From Lama guanicoe (taxonomy: Eukaryota), in contig MU054117.1 in NCBI GenBank assembly GCA_013239625.1, positions 1,242,001 through 1,298,952 of the forward strand: DNA of 56,952 nucleotides, in the 5' to 3' direction. Shown in pieces: positions 12,461 to 24,592 of this stretch. Under the pieces are notes generated by a model that saw nothing but the letters and a program-made list of their open reading frames with translations, was not told the origin of the DNA and did no database searches. Within the stretch, counting starts at the first letter, position 1; the number at the start of each line of letters is the position of its first letter. The translations under genes were made by a program, and so were the position numbers.

Positions 12461-13210
12461 TAATCTACTCACGGAAGTAAAGTCCCCTTGACCTGTTAAG
12501 CCCCCTCTGACTTAAACACCTTAAAAAAGAAGGAAACAAAATATACACAGAGTAACACATGCAAGACTTAAGTACACAGCTTGAGGAATTTTACACTTGT
12601 GTACATCCACGAATCCACCCCCGGATCCGGGTCCATGAACCTCAAAGCAGACCAGGCTGACACGCTGCAGAAGGCGGCAGAGCAGAGCCCGGCTGGGCCT
12701 CTAACAGGCCTTTCTAGAAGCTGTTTTGTTGCTTTAGTTGGTGTTATTTTGATGTTGAGAGATAGTTTGCCCAGTTAGCGGAGGGGTTGGGTGGGGGTGG
12801 GGCGGTCCCCTAGAGAAGGAACTAGGAGACGTTCTGAACAGGACCAGGAGACGGTCACTCAGGACAGAACATTCTGCTTGCCCAGTCTTTCAGGATCCCC
12901 AACATCTAAGAAATGTTTAAGAAAACACTCAGGCTGCAACCTTTTACACTTTTTTGGGGGGGGGACTATTTTTTTCCTGGTAGAACAGCAATGGTGAACA
13001 ATGTTATTTTCAGGTCTTCAACGCTCCCTTTTCCAGCTTTGTCTTAGAATTTGAATGATCAGAATTTAAAAAAAACACGATTTTTTTTTTAAAGAAAGAC
13101 AAAACAGCAAAGAAACAAACATTGGAACACGATCCATGTATCAAAATTGAATAACCAGCTCTTCCAGAGCCCTGGATAATTTTAAGATGTCCTGATGCTA
13201 AAAAAGGCAA

Positions 13211-13420
13211 TTTTTAAAAAATTATAGTTGATCTACAACATTGTCTTAGTTTCAGGTGTACAGCATAGTGGTTGAGTATTTCTGCAGATTATACTCTATC
13301 ACAGGCTATTACAGACAATGGCTATAATTCCCCGTGCTATAAAGTATCCTCTCGTGCTCATCCATTTTGTAGCAGTTCGTATCTGTTAACCCCACACCCC
13401 TAATGTGTCCTTCTGCCCTT
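13211..13420 (-). mobile_element. L1 3' UTR fragment (cetartiodactyl type)
   Basis: TATAGTTGATCTACAACATTGTCTTAGTTTCAGGTGTACAGCATAGTG is the reverse complement of the L1 terminus. Confidence 0.8.
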
Positions 13421-13654
13421 CAACCATGGGATTCTTTATGCTGGTGAAGGATTAAGAAGTGCTCGAATCTTATGCACTTCCTGTGTCACACTATGTAACA
13501 CAGAAAAGCATTAGTTACATATTAATTTATATTGTGTCATAGCTTTCTATTGGTTTATGTCACCTTAAAAGTGTTTTTAATAAATGCTAAGTTTATAGTG
13601 AAAATTATGATGGTCAGATCTTAGCTGTAGCCTAAGGAAGCAGAAGCTCCATGT

Positions 13655-13733
13655 CTTTTTTGTTATTTGTTTTTAATTGAAGTATAGTCGATTTACAATA
13701 TTGTGTTAGTCTCTGATGTGCAGCATAGTGATT

Positions 13734-13770
<37 letters not shown>

Positions 13771-15209
13771 TCTTTCTCAGATTCTTTCCCACTATAGGTT
13801 ATTACAAGAATGTATTGCCCTGTGCTGTACAGCAGGACCTTGTTGTTTATCTATTTTATATACAGTAGGGTGTATCTGCAAATCCCAAACTCCTAATTTA
13901 TTCTCCCATCTTTTTCCCCATTGGAACCATAAGTTTGTTTTCTATGTCAGTGAGTCTGTTTCTGTTTTGTAAATAAGTTCATTTGTGTCATTTTTTAAGA
14001 TTCCAAATATAAGTGATATCATATGGTATTCATCTTTGTCTGGCTTATTTCACTTAGAATGACAATTTTCAGGTCCATCCATGTTGCTGCAAATGGCATG
14101 ATCTCATTCTTTTTTATGACAGAGTAGTATTCCACTGTGTATATATACACTACATCTTTTTTATCCTTTCATCTGATGACAAACATTTAGGTTGCTATGT
14201 TTTGGCTATTGTAAATAGTGTTGTTATGAAAATTGGGGTGCATGTATCTTTTCAAACTGGAGTTTTCTCTGGATATATGCCCAGGAGTGGGACTGCTGGA
14301 TCATATGGTAAATCTTAGTTTTTTGAGGAATCTCCGTACTGTTTTCTACAGTGGATGCACCAAATTACAATCCCACCAACAGTGGGATTTTCTCCACACC
14401 CTCTCCAGCATTTCCTGTTTGTGGACTTTTGAATGATGGCCATTCTGACTGGTGTGAGGTGATACCTCATTTTAGTTTCGATTTGCTTCTCTGATAATTA
14501 GTGATACTGAGCATTTTTTCACGTGTCTGTTGGCCACCTGTACGTCTTCTTTGGAGAGATGTCTGTTTAGGTCTTCTGCTCATTTTCGGATTGGGTTGTC
14601 TGCTTTTTTGTTGTTGTTGTTGTTGTTGTTAATGTGTATGAGCTGTTTATATATTCTGGAAATTAAATCTTTGTCAGCCACATCATTTGCAAATATTTTC
14701 TCCCATTCTGTATGTTGTCATTTTGTTTTGCTTATGGTTTCCTTTGCTGTGCAGAAGCTTGTAAGTTTAATTAGGTCCCATTTGTTGATTTTCGCTGTTA
14801 TTTCCATCACCTGGGTAGACGGCCCTAGGAGAACATTGCTGAGATTTATGTCAGATAATGTTTTGCCTGTGTTTTCTTCTAGGAGGTTTATAGTGTCCTG
14901 TCTTATATTTAAGTCTTTAAGCCATTTTGAGTTTATTTTTGTGTATGGAGTGAGGGAGTGTTAACTAACTTCATTGATTTACGTGCTGCTGTACAGTTTT
15001 CCCAACACCACTTGCAGAAGAGGCTGTCTTTTCTCCATTGTATAATCTTGCCTCCTTTGTCGAAGATTGACCATAGGCGTGTGGGTTTAATTCCGGGCTC
15101 TCTCTTCTGTTCTGTTGATCCATATGCCTGTTTTTGTGCCAATACCACGCAGTTTTGATGACTGTAGGTCTGCAGCAGTGTCTGAAGTCTGGGAGAGTTA
15201 CTCCTCCAG
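13655..15209 (-). mobile_element. 5'-truncated L1 (about 1.55 kb): 3' UTR plus disrupted C-terminal ORF2
   Basis: T-rich tail at 13655. ORF2 remnants LPDFR...[17 protein letters not shown] and [24 protein letters not shown] lie in different frames, indicating frameshifts. Confidence 0.95.
13739..13769. repeat. (CA)n microsatellite inside the L1 tail
   Basis: Direct reading. Confidence 0.95.
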
Positions 15210-15321
15210 GGAGGCGTAAGACCCAGGCTGCCGAGGTCCCGATGGGGCTCACTCACCTTCCGCTTTGCCTGCTAGGACAACTTCTTAGCTTATGTATTAT
15301 TTCTCAAAGCACGTCAAACTT

Positions 15322-15376
15322 TTTTTTTTACTTTTTTTTATTGAGTTATAGTCATTTTACAATGTCGTGTCAAATT
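15322..15376 (-). mobile_element. About 55-bp L1 3' tail insertion
   Basis: Poly-T plus TTGAGTTATAGTCATTTTACAATGTCGTGTCAAATT. TSD CACGTCAAACTT (15310-15321) / CATGTCAAACTT (15377-15388). Confidence 0.8.
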
Positions 15377-17115
15377 CATGTCAAACTTCTAACACTTACA
15401 GGCATACGATCAGAGGACTGGGGAGCCAGGCTTCAGGAGGATCCCGAAGTCAGTGGTCTCCACTTCCCCGCAGCACTTCTGCAGCCACTCACGTGGTCCC
15501 TCTGCTTAGAACGTCTGATTTCCCTCCTCCGCTGTGGTTCCATCAGTTAGCACCCTCACCGCTCAGGGGCAGTGATCAGTCACACTCCTATGGGCTTCTG
15601 CCCACATCTGACTGTCCTTCCAAAGGCAGAGCACTTCCCTGAAACCCGGGGTGCAAGGGGCTCCGAGAGGCTCTGTGGCCCCAGGGAGACCCCGGGACCC
15701 CAAGAAAGCCACTTCTGCACCTTACTTCTCCATCTGTAAAACCAAGCACTGTCCCTGCACGTCCACGCGGTGCCCTCGGAGCTCTAGAGGGAAGCGTGTG
15801 CCACCCCTGGGCTTCCTTCTCTCGCCCAAGTGTGCCCAGCTCGGGCTGGGTCCCCTCAAGCGGCCAAACCAAGGAATCCTTGACGGTCCAGCGGGCACAG
15901 GTGACTCAAGTCAGGTACTTGAACTTTTTGGCCTTAGCCGGTACATGAAGCTTAAAACTAAACAGTAAACCACAGACAAAGAACCTCGCTGAACTCTAGG
16001 TCTCAGGACTGAGACAAGTTGTTGTAGGAGAAACCTGGACAGGGTTTTGTGCGGTTTTCACGCCCTGACACGGGAAGTGTGGGGCAGGGAGGCCACGCTT
16101 GGTGTGCGACCTCTTGGGGAACAGCTGGCACTCAGGAAAGCAGCGTCTCGCAGGACAGACGTGGCTGTGATCTCCAGCTCCAGCCACCTTTTCTGGGGCG
16201 TGAAGAGTTAACACCAGCGAGGCTGGATTGTGGTTTTTTACCCCTTGAGATGGTGGCTGTTTTTTTTTTAACCTTTAACCCTATCCTCTTGGCAGAAAAG
16301 GGTCCTGGCTGTGAACTCGGGGCCCAACCCGAGTGCTCCTCCTCGGGGTCTGACCTCGGGTAAGAAATGTAAATGCTCCAAATGGGGCCTTCTGGCAAAG
16401 CCCGGCCGTTCCGGAGGGGAGAACCTTCACCCACCGGCTCCTCAGGTGGTGGACGGCAGAGTCCCAGGCCTGGAGTTACAGCCAGTCCTGAGCAAGATGG
16501 TCTCAGGCCCTCCTTGCCTTTGAAATATTTATCAAGACACGACAGACCCATGAGGATCCTGACAAAAATGACCTTTACCGGCGGAGAGGGCACAGCCCTC
16601 GGGCTCTGGGGAAGCAGTGAAGCCCGCGGCCCCCGCGGGGAGGGTTTGGGACTGAGTCAGCCCTTGTGAGTCCCACGGCCTCTGCCCACTTCCCTTGGAA
16701 AAGAGACTTAAGCTGGTTACAAACAGTCCTTCTCCACCCCTGGGGCCTTCTGCACCGAAGGTCTGGAGAGGGCCGGGCCCGCAGGAGCGCCTCCGCTCTC
16801 CAGCTGCTCTGCCTTCCCCCCTGCCCAGCCTGTCCTCTCTGCAGGGGAGGGCTAGCCCTGCTCCCCTGCTCATCCTGCCTCTCTCCCCTGCCAGCCCGAG
16901 GGTCTGCTCCCCCGGAGGTCACAACACCAAGAAGGGGCTGTTCCGTGGAGAAAGGGCTAATACGGAAGTGACCACTAGAGGGTGACATGATCACACACAA
17001 GCACATTCCTCGAGGACCACGCAGGGCCACAGCCAGCCAGCCAGGCATCCAGCTGGAGCAGCTGACCACCCCCGGGCACCAGCACACACCCCCGCAGTGA
17101 GCACACGCACACCCT

Positions 17116-17170
17116 CTGTCTGTCTGTCTGTCTCTCTCACACACATGCACACACACACACACACACACAG
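17116..17170. repeat. Compound (CTGT)n/(CT)n/(CA)n microsatellite
   Basis: Direct reading. Confidence 0.9.
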
Positions 17171-17359
17171 ACCTACCCTGGGTAATCCACTAGGGCCTCA
17201 GGCTTCCTGCAGGAAAGCCACCCCTCACCACTGCTCATGGAGGAGTCAGCATCTCGTTCCCTGGCAACCACTGTTTCATGGACCCTGCGTATCTGGTGTC
17301 ACACAGAAACCGCATCCCACCATGGTGGGATGACACACTGACGTCGTTAGGGCAGCGGA

Positions 17360-17602
17360 GCCCAGCAGTTTGGAAAGGGGTCGCTGGGTCTAGACCTCGG
17401 AGCTCAAGTTCCAGTGCTGCTGGCTGTCTGGTCCTGAGCAAGTGACCCCTCTGGGTCGTGGCTTCCTGACCTATAAATGGGGGTGACGATGGAACCTACT
17501 TCATAGTCGTGCAGGTGAGCTGTTGTGGGGAGCTGGTAAGTTTATACACGGAAAGACCGTTAAAGAACGGCCCCCACACAAGAAAAGCTCAATAAACGCC
17601 AG
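17360..17602 (+). mobile_element. MIR SINE
   Basis: Core CCTGAGCAAGTGACCCCTCTGGG...TTCCTGACCTATAAATGGGGG...ACCTACTTCATAG and 3' end AAGCTCAATAAA. Confidence 0.7.
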
Positions 17603-17619
17603 CCGCCTTCATGGCAGGA

Positions 17620-17960
17620 GCTGCTCTAAGAGGTCACCTCCACTCGACCCTCGCAAACTCCCACATACAGACACCACTAGTCCCATTTTACAGACGAGAA
17701 AGCCGAGGCTCCGAATGGTTACACAGCTTGTCCACAGTCACAGAGCTGGAAGGAGGGGACAGCTCAGCAGTAGAGCACATGCCTAGTGTACATGAGGACC
17801 TGGGTTCAGTCCCCAGTATCCCCAGTTCCTCCATTAAAAAATAAATGAATACACCTAATTACTGCCCCCAACCAAAGGCGAGGGACACAAAGTCACAGAG
17901 CTAATAAGTGACAAAATCAAGGTTTTAACCCAGAATCCGTCTGACTGAGACCCCGTGGTC
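17620..17960 (-). mobile_element. MIR SINE split by a Vic-1 insertion
   Basis: CCCATTTTACAGACGAGAAAGCCGAGGCTC...AGTCACAGAGCT, then the SINE, then AGTCACAGAGCTAATAAGTGAC...TTTTAACCCAG...GTCTGACT. Confidence 0.8.
17748..17890 (+). mobile_element. Vic-1-like SINE nested in MIR
   Basis: A box AGCTCAGCAGTAGAG, B box GGTTCAGTCCCC. Perfect 12-bp TSD AGTCACAGAGCT at 17736-17747 and 17891-17902. Confidence 0.9.
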
Positions 17961-18139
17961 CTTGACTACATCACGGGGAAAACTTCGGACTGAGAGGCAG
18001 AACATGGTGGTTGGGAACACGGGCTTTTCTTTCCCCCTATGTTATCTTAACTTCACTACAAAGGGAGAGCCTTCAAGAATTATAATTATATAAATTACAT
18101 AAGTTAACGAAAGTTTTAAAGCAGAAGAAGGAAAGCCGG

Positions 18140-18260
18140 GAGGTTCTTCCAGCAGCACCCCTGGGAACCCGCTGGAAATGCAACTCCTCGGGCCCCCCAG
18201 CCCTTCGGACCAGACGCCTGCCAGGCTGCTCTGACGCAGACTCAAGCTTGAGAACCACTG
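18140..18260. mobile_element. MER5A-like fragment
   Basis: CAGCAGCACCCCTGGGAACCCGCTGGAAATGCAACTCCTCGGGCCCC and terminus TTGAGAACCACTG. Confidence 0.7.
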
Positions 18261-18699
18261 CTCCGAGCAAAGGAAAGCGTGCGAGCTGGTGGTGGAAGCC
18301 GAGGTCGGGGCCAGGGGACGCACGTCCATCCGGGACCCTGTCTTGGGGACTGAACGGAACACGTGCCCTCCCTGACTCAGGAGGAGAAGACCGAGGGCTC
18401 GCGCGCCGTGAAGCACCGTCTCACGATGCTCCCGTGTTGCTGTTTCCTCGCCTTTAACCTGCACGTTTCTTAAAAACAGGAAACAGCATTAAAAAAATGC
18501 TTAACTGTCAGCAAGTATGTATCTGTACAATTTGGGGGCACATCTGTGTGGCGCTTTTTTTGGATGGTATATTTATAGAAGGAAAAACCAGAAGCAGCGT
18601 GGATGAGGTCCCTGCTAGGGGCCGGGCTCTGCGCCAGGACCCTCCTGCCCCGTGCGCGGGTTTTCTCAGCGAATTCTCCCAACAGCGCAGTGACTGGGA

Positions 18700-18800
18700 A
18701 CTACTTTTCCTATCTCTAAAATGGGGAGACTGAAGCTCAGAGCATTTCAGTCACTTTGCCAGAGGTCACGCAAGGATCATGGGAGAGCCCGGATTCCAGT
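18700..18800 (-). mobile_element. MIR core fragment
   Basis: AAATGGGGAGACTGAAGCTCAGAG...TCACTTTGCCAGAGGTCAC. Confidence 0.6.
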
Positions 18801-19100
18801 GCAGGATGTCGGAGGGCAAGTCTGCTGGAAACTTGGCTCCCCCGCACTGCCGCCTGGGGAGCCGTGATGTGCTCAGGGGCCTCGGGTCACAGGCACATCA
18901 GGGAAGCCCCCCTCGGGCCAGGGCCTCCCTGGGGGCAGGCAATCTCTGCATGGCTCCCCCCTTTCCATCCCCCCCGGGGGTGTGCAGCACCAGGCTCTAT
19001 TGTTGGGGGGGGGGAATGAGGAGAAAGCCAGCTGATTTAAAAACAACTATTTTCAAGGCAATCTCTGCTATGAAAACAGTAGCAAACCATGAATGAAAAA

Positions 19101-19194
19101 TTTATTTATTTTCTTAATGGAGGTGCTGGGGCCTGAGCCCAGGACCTCATGCACATCAGGCACGCGCTCTACCACTAAGCTGGTTCCCTCCCCC
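19101..19194 (-). mobile_element. Vic-1-like SINE
   Basis: tRNA-Ala-like body (minus strand AGCTTAGTGGTAGAGCGCGTGCC...GAGGTCCTGGGCTCAGG) with (TTTA)n tail. Confidence 0.85.
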
Positions 19195-20254
19195 AGAGCC
19201 CAAAATTTCTACCTTCAGATGCCAAATTCCAGTTCCAGACACACAAGAGTTAAAATGAAGGCTTCTTATTCTTGAAAGAGAATTTTTTAAAAAGAAAAAA
19301 GTTAAGAATTCTTTGAAAAGGTGATTTTAAAAATTGACCGGATGCTTCAATACTGAGGAACCAAAACAATGTATGTCACTGTATGTTTGCTACGAGAGCG
19401 TAATTTCCCCCTAAACCAGTAAAGAAAACCCAGCCTGTTCTCTGCGTAAGGTGCCACCCCACGCAGTGACCTTCCTCCCACCGACACCTGCTCAAATTCG
19501 AGGCGTCTCTGCAGTGGTCTTCGAAACTGAAAACACTATTTACCACCGTTACTCCGTGGGCACGTACACCCCTGACAAACAGGGTCACTGTTTTCTAGCG
19601 CATCCCTGGGTCCCGAGGCCTTAGAGGCAGAAACACCCTCTGCACCTTCGTTCACTCCAGGACACACAGTGGTGGTGCGCACCAGCTGTGTGACCACCTC
19701 CCGAACGATCGGGAAGAGGAAACCCACGCCGCCAAGCGCTGTGTGCTTGGAGACGGCTGGCTTTTAGTTTAGGGTTGTCGTATCTGCCTGTTTCGTAACA
19801 AGCACCTAGCAGCTTGTGAACATTAACAAATCACTGCTGATCTGTGGGGCTATTGGGCCAACAGCTCTGCAAGCCTTTGGTCCGGTGCCTGTGTATGAAA
19901 ACATACATCAGACTCAACAGCTGCAAATTACAAGTTTCACATGGCAACCCCATTTGCAGAGGAGGAGGAGGGAGTGTCCACTCACCTGGGGGTGATTATC
20001 AATAGCACCCCATTTCTCTTGCATGAGTTTTTCCAGCTTGGCACAAACTGGACTGTGACTCCAGCTACCCAGATTCAAGCCCGCATTTGCATTGGGGTGG
20101 ATAAAGCCCTTGTCTAAGGGACACAGCAAACAAACAACTCGGGAGAGAGCACACAAACATTTCAGGGTGTTCCTGGCAAGGTGCTGATGTGAGAACAACT
20201 GTCACCCACCTTTCCTATTTACTTACATCTTTATTTCAGGATGTTTGGTCTCTT

Positions 20255-21120
20255 TAAAATCTTTTCGTTTTTAATTGTGGCAAAAACACGTATAACATAA
20301 AACTTAACCATCCTAATCGTTACAGTGTACGATTCAGTAGTGTTACGTATATTGTGCAACAAATTTCCCAAATTGTTCATCTTGCAAAACTGAAACCCTA
20401 TTTCCATAAACAACTGTCCCTCCCCCAGCCTTTGGCAACCACCCTTCTACTTTCTGTTTCTGTGATTTTGACTACTCTTCATACTTCACGTAAGTGAAAC
20501 GACACAGTATCTGTCCTTTTGTGTCTGGCCTGTTTCACTTGGCATAATGTCCTCAAGTTTCCTCCATGTTGTAGTAGCCTGTGTCAGGACTTCCTTCCTC
20601 TTCAGGGCTGAATAATATTCCACCGTGTGCACAGTGTCCACATTTTGTTTATCCATCATCCATCAACAGGCACTCAGGTTACTCCCATTTTTTAGCTGCT
20701 GCCAATAATTCTGTGAACTTGTTATACAGATGTAGACATTCTTCACGACTCTGTTTTATTTTCTTTTGATATACACCCAGAAGTGGAGTTGCTGGCTCAT
20801 AGGGCAGTTCTATTTTTAAGTTTTTGAGGAGAAGCCATACTGCTTCCCCAAGCAGCTGTGCCATTCTGCATTCCCACTAGCAGCACACCAGGCTTCCAGC
20901 CCTCAGCCTCCTCAACACTCGCCATCTTCTGTTTTATCAGCAGCAGCCACGCTCGTGGGCGTGAGGTGCGTCTTGCTGCGGTCTCGATGACTGTCTCCGT
21001 AGTGACCAGCGAGGCTAAGCACCTCTTCCTGTGCTTGCTGGCCACCTGTGTGTCTTCTTCGGAGAAATGTCTGTCCAGACCCTTTGCCCTTTACTCAGCC
21101 AGGTTATTTTGCTGTTGCTT
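20255..21120 (-). mobile_element. L1MA/L1MB 3' UTR plus end of ORF2
   Basis: TTTAATTGTGGCAAAAACACGTATAACATAAAACTTAACCATC terminus. Minus-strand translation LKIELPYEPATPLLGVY is L1 ORF2-like. Confidence 0.9.
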
Positions 21121-21480
21121 CTAGTTAAGGCTTCTACTTGCAGCCACTCTCCCTCCCTGAGCCGTGCCCCAGGATACTCTCCTGCTTAGAACGTCTTAGG
21201 AATAGAATGTATGCTGTTCTCGAGAAATCTTGAAGTTGCAAAGTAGCTGGAAAGGCACCCTCTTATAGACCTCAGACGTCCACTGCTGTTGGTGGCCCAG
21301 AACTCCTGGAGACTTTCATCAAGATACTGTATTATTGTTTCTGCTCTCGCACACCACACAGCAGGCACTGTGCCGTGGGTACATTAGAGTTAAGATGAAA
21401 CACACGCAACATATTTTAACGCCTTTGATCCAACACCCGCCAGCTAGACTCTGGGTCACTGTTTTTGGACACATATATTC

Positions 21481-21723
21481 TTTTTTTTTTTTTTGCTTGA
21501 CACGTTTATTGTGGTCTGGTTCCTGTACAGTAAACTACACATATTTCAGATGTACAATTGTCTGAACTCTGATAGACGTATACACCCGTGAAACCACGAC
21601 CACAATCAAGACAGCAATTTTCGGACTCCCAATTTATCCCTTCCCACCCCCTCTACCTCCTGGTAACCATGTTTGTTCTCTATGTCTGTGAGTCTGTTTC
21701 TGTTTTGTAGATGAGTTCATTTG
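21481..21723 (-). mobile_element. Composite L1 3' fragment
   Basis: Poly-T, an L1M-type terminus, then a cetartiodactyl L1 3'-UTR piece (GGTAACCATGTTTGTTCTCTATGTCTGTGAGTCTGTTTCTG). Flanked by TGGACACATA at 21466-21475 and 21724-21733. Confidence 0.75.
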
Positions 21724-21736
21724 TGGACACATACAC

Positions 21737-21861
21737 TTTTGTTGTGGGGGGTGGTGGTGAGTGTTAGGTTTATTTATTTATTTATTTTTAGAGGAGGGGA
21801 CTGAACCCAGGACCTCATGCCTGCTAAGCACGCGCTCTACCACTGAGCTGTACCCTCCCCC
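21737..21861 (-). mobile_element. Vic-1-like SINE
   Basis: GAACCCAGGACCTCATGCCTGCTAAGCACGCGCTCTACCACTGAGCTGTACCCTCCCC with (TTTA)n tail. Confidence 0.88.
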
Positions 21862-24172
21862 TCGCGGACATTAATGTTCTTGAATGAGGAGTTGAAAAGT
21901 GACAGGTCCCTTCGGATCTTCCCTGCCAGATCTTCCCTCTCTGTGAGGACGTCTGCAACCTTAAGTCAGACTGACCTTTGGGTTGGGCCTCTCAATTTTC
22001 CCAAGCCCCACTGAGATGAAAAACAAACCCTATTTGAAAAACAAGTGTTTTCAAGGTTCTTGGTAAAGCTTTGGTGCCTCTCCACACAGAACTACGTCCT
22101 CTGCTTCTGCAGTTCTGTGCTCATTCAGAAAACAACTCCACCTTGGCTACAGCTTGCTGAAGCACACAGGAAAACCTCAACGCACACTCACAACGAGCAG
22201 CTCCCCACAGGTCTGCCAGGTCGAGATCCATCTTTTCCAGACAATCAGACTCTGGTCTACGATTTCTGTCCCAAATCACAGCCAAAACCGAAACCCCCAA
22301 GAAGCCAGTGCGTGCGGAACCATCCCTACTGTCGGGCCTGCATTTGAACAATGAGCAACTGAGGACACGGCGGGACCCAGAGAGGCTCCTGGTTTCACAG
22401 GGACTTGCTGTGGCAAGGATCCCTGCGGACTGTCCAGTCCGTCTGCCCCGTGTAACAGGAGGAAACTGAGACCAGAAAGGGGAGGTACTCCCTTGGTGCC
22501 CTGAGATGGCTCACCTGCTGCTTCTCGGCGTTTCCTATTTACTGAACATGAAAAACTCATATTGCTGAGAATCCTCGCAGTGTATGTTTGATGGCCTTCA
22601 GCAAAAGGCCCTGTATGAGTAAAATTCTAGAGTTCGACTGAAAAAAAGTTTTGCTAGAACGAGGAGCAGGGGGTCAGCTTCTAGGGAAAGTGCTTCCAGG
22701 AACTTCCGCAGGACTTCTCAGGAGAGCAGTGGCCTGTCTGGAGCAGGGGCAGGCCAGCTAAGCTCCTTCTCTCGCCTCAGCCCTCCTTTACACAGCCCCC
22801 CGCCGGCCCCCGGCATGCGGTGGAACACTGTGTTCCGCGCTAGGTAGGATTAAGGTGTTTTGGATTAAGACCTTGAGATCAACACAAACACATCCACAGA
22901 ACAACAGGAAAAGCCACTTTCTCGGAGCGCTGAAGGCAAAAATTTAGGCAGCAGTGATGGGGAGACCCATGGCTTAGCACAGATCCGCCCCAGGGGAGGA
23001 GTGCCAACCCACATGTGCCCCGGAACTGTGACCCTCATTGCCACAGCACGTGTGGAACCCGCGAGTGACCAACACAACCCTACATGATTTCAGGCCGTAT
23101 GAAACTCTCTGGGCCTCTCACCATGTGCCACGTGGGTGAAGAACTTTGCTCCTTCATTTCCTGATCTAGGAACAGGAGAGGTGGGTGGATACGCTCAGTG
23201 AGTCTGGGCTCACTCGGTTCAGTACTGGTCTCTTGGGCAAAAGAGAAGTGGCCGAAAGTTGACCTCATCTACTGCATACGGCACCCACTGGTCACCTTGT
23301 TCAGGTCCTCAAAGAATCAATGACGCCATCTTCCGTTTCTGAATGCGGAATCAGGTTGTCTTGAATCCATAAATTCATTAAAAAGACAGCGAGCCATTTT
23401 CTGACTCAAAAATTCCTGGTTTGGGGGCAGTTAAAAGGAAGCTCTGAAATCCTGGTCTCTGGGCATTTAAGACCCGGGAGTCACATCCTAGAACGGAGCC
23501 TCCGTGGTCCCACAGAACACAGTTCGCAGGCCGACATACATCCCTGGAGCACCTTAAACCAGGTCCAGTCGCCATTCTGTTTTATCAGAAGGTAGGTCTG
23601 CAGTGGCGCGCACATACACCGGCCACAGCCCGCACATCGCCCGAGAGGCTGACGAGCCAGCGGGGCGTGCAGGGCTCCGGCCGGCGGCCTCCCCGGGCGC
23701 GAGGCAGGCGGAGAGCCGCGGGGCAGCCGCCGGCGCGCGGCCAAGTGCGGAAGCGGAGGAAGCTCTGATGCAGGAGCCGCGGGGCGCGCACGGGCAGCGG
23801 CGTCTGGAAACACCCGGAACATGCTAGAAGGAAGTGGTCACGGCCAGCGCCAGAGCGAGGGCTGGGAGGGCCCGCGTCCGGCTGTGGGACGGGCGGGCCG
23901 AGCCGCGTCTCTCCGCCGGTCAGGGCACAAGCCCGCAGGGCGCGGAGCCGTGGGAAGCCGCCCGCGGAGGAGGACCGGGGTGGGGCCCGGCGCCGCGGGG
24001 CACCGGGGGGCGCGGGGCGGACGCCGAGCAGCGGCCGCAGCAGGAGGGTCTTGCGGGGGGAGAAAGGGAGCGGGGTGGGAGGCTGGGCCGGGGGCCGGGC
24101 CCGCGCGGAGGGGTCCAGGACCCGGCGGCCCGGGGCCCAGACGCGGACCGGGCGTGGCCGCCGGCTCCCTGT

Positions 24173-24592
24173 NNNNNNNNNNNNNNNNNNNNNNNNNNNN
24201 NNNNNNNNNNNNNNNNNNNNNNNNNNNNNNNNNNNNNNNNNNNNNNNNNNNNNNNNNNNNNNNNNNNNNNNNNNNNNNNNNNNNNNNNNNNNNNNNNNNN
24301 NNNNNNNNNNNNNNNNNNNNNNNNNNNNNNNNNNNNNNNNNNNNNNNNNNNNNNNNNNNNNNNNNNNNNNNNNNNNNNNNNNNNNNNNNNNNNNNNNNNN
24401 NNNNNNNNNNNNNNNNNNNNNNNNNNNNNNNNNNNNNNNNNNNNNNNNNNNNNNNNNNNNNNNNNNNNNNNNNNNNNNNNNNNNNNNNNNNNNNNNNNNN
24501 NNNNNNNNNNNNNNNNNNNNNNNNNNNNNNNNNNNNNNNNNNNNNNNNNNNNNNNNNNNNNNNNNNNNNNNNNNNNNNNNNNNNNNNNNNNN
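24173..24592. other. Assembly gap (420 N) inside the CpG island; may hide the FBXL14 TSS
   Basis: Run of N flanked by extremely GC-rich sequence. Confidence 0.99.

Noticed and set aside
14233..15256. ORFs of 67-144 aa with hydrophobic or RT-like content
   Set aside because: Sense and antisense translations of a frameshifted L1 ORF2 remnant.
1..24000. WNT5B coding exons on the minus strand
   Set aside because: No Wnt signal peptide or cysteine-pattern sequence seen in the translations; the coding exons probably lie outside the window.
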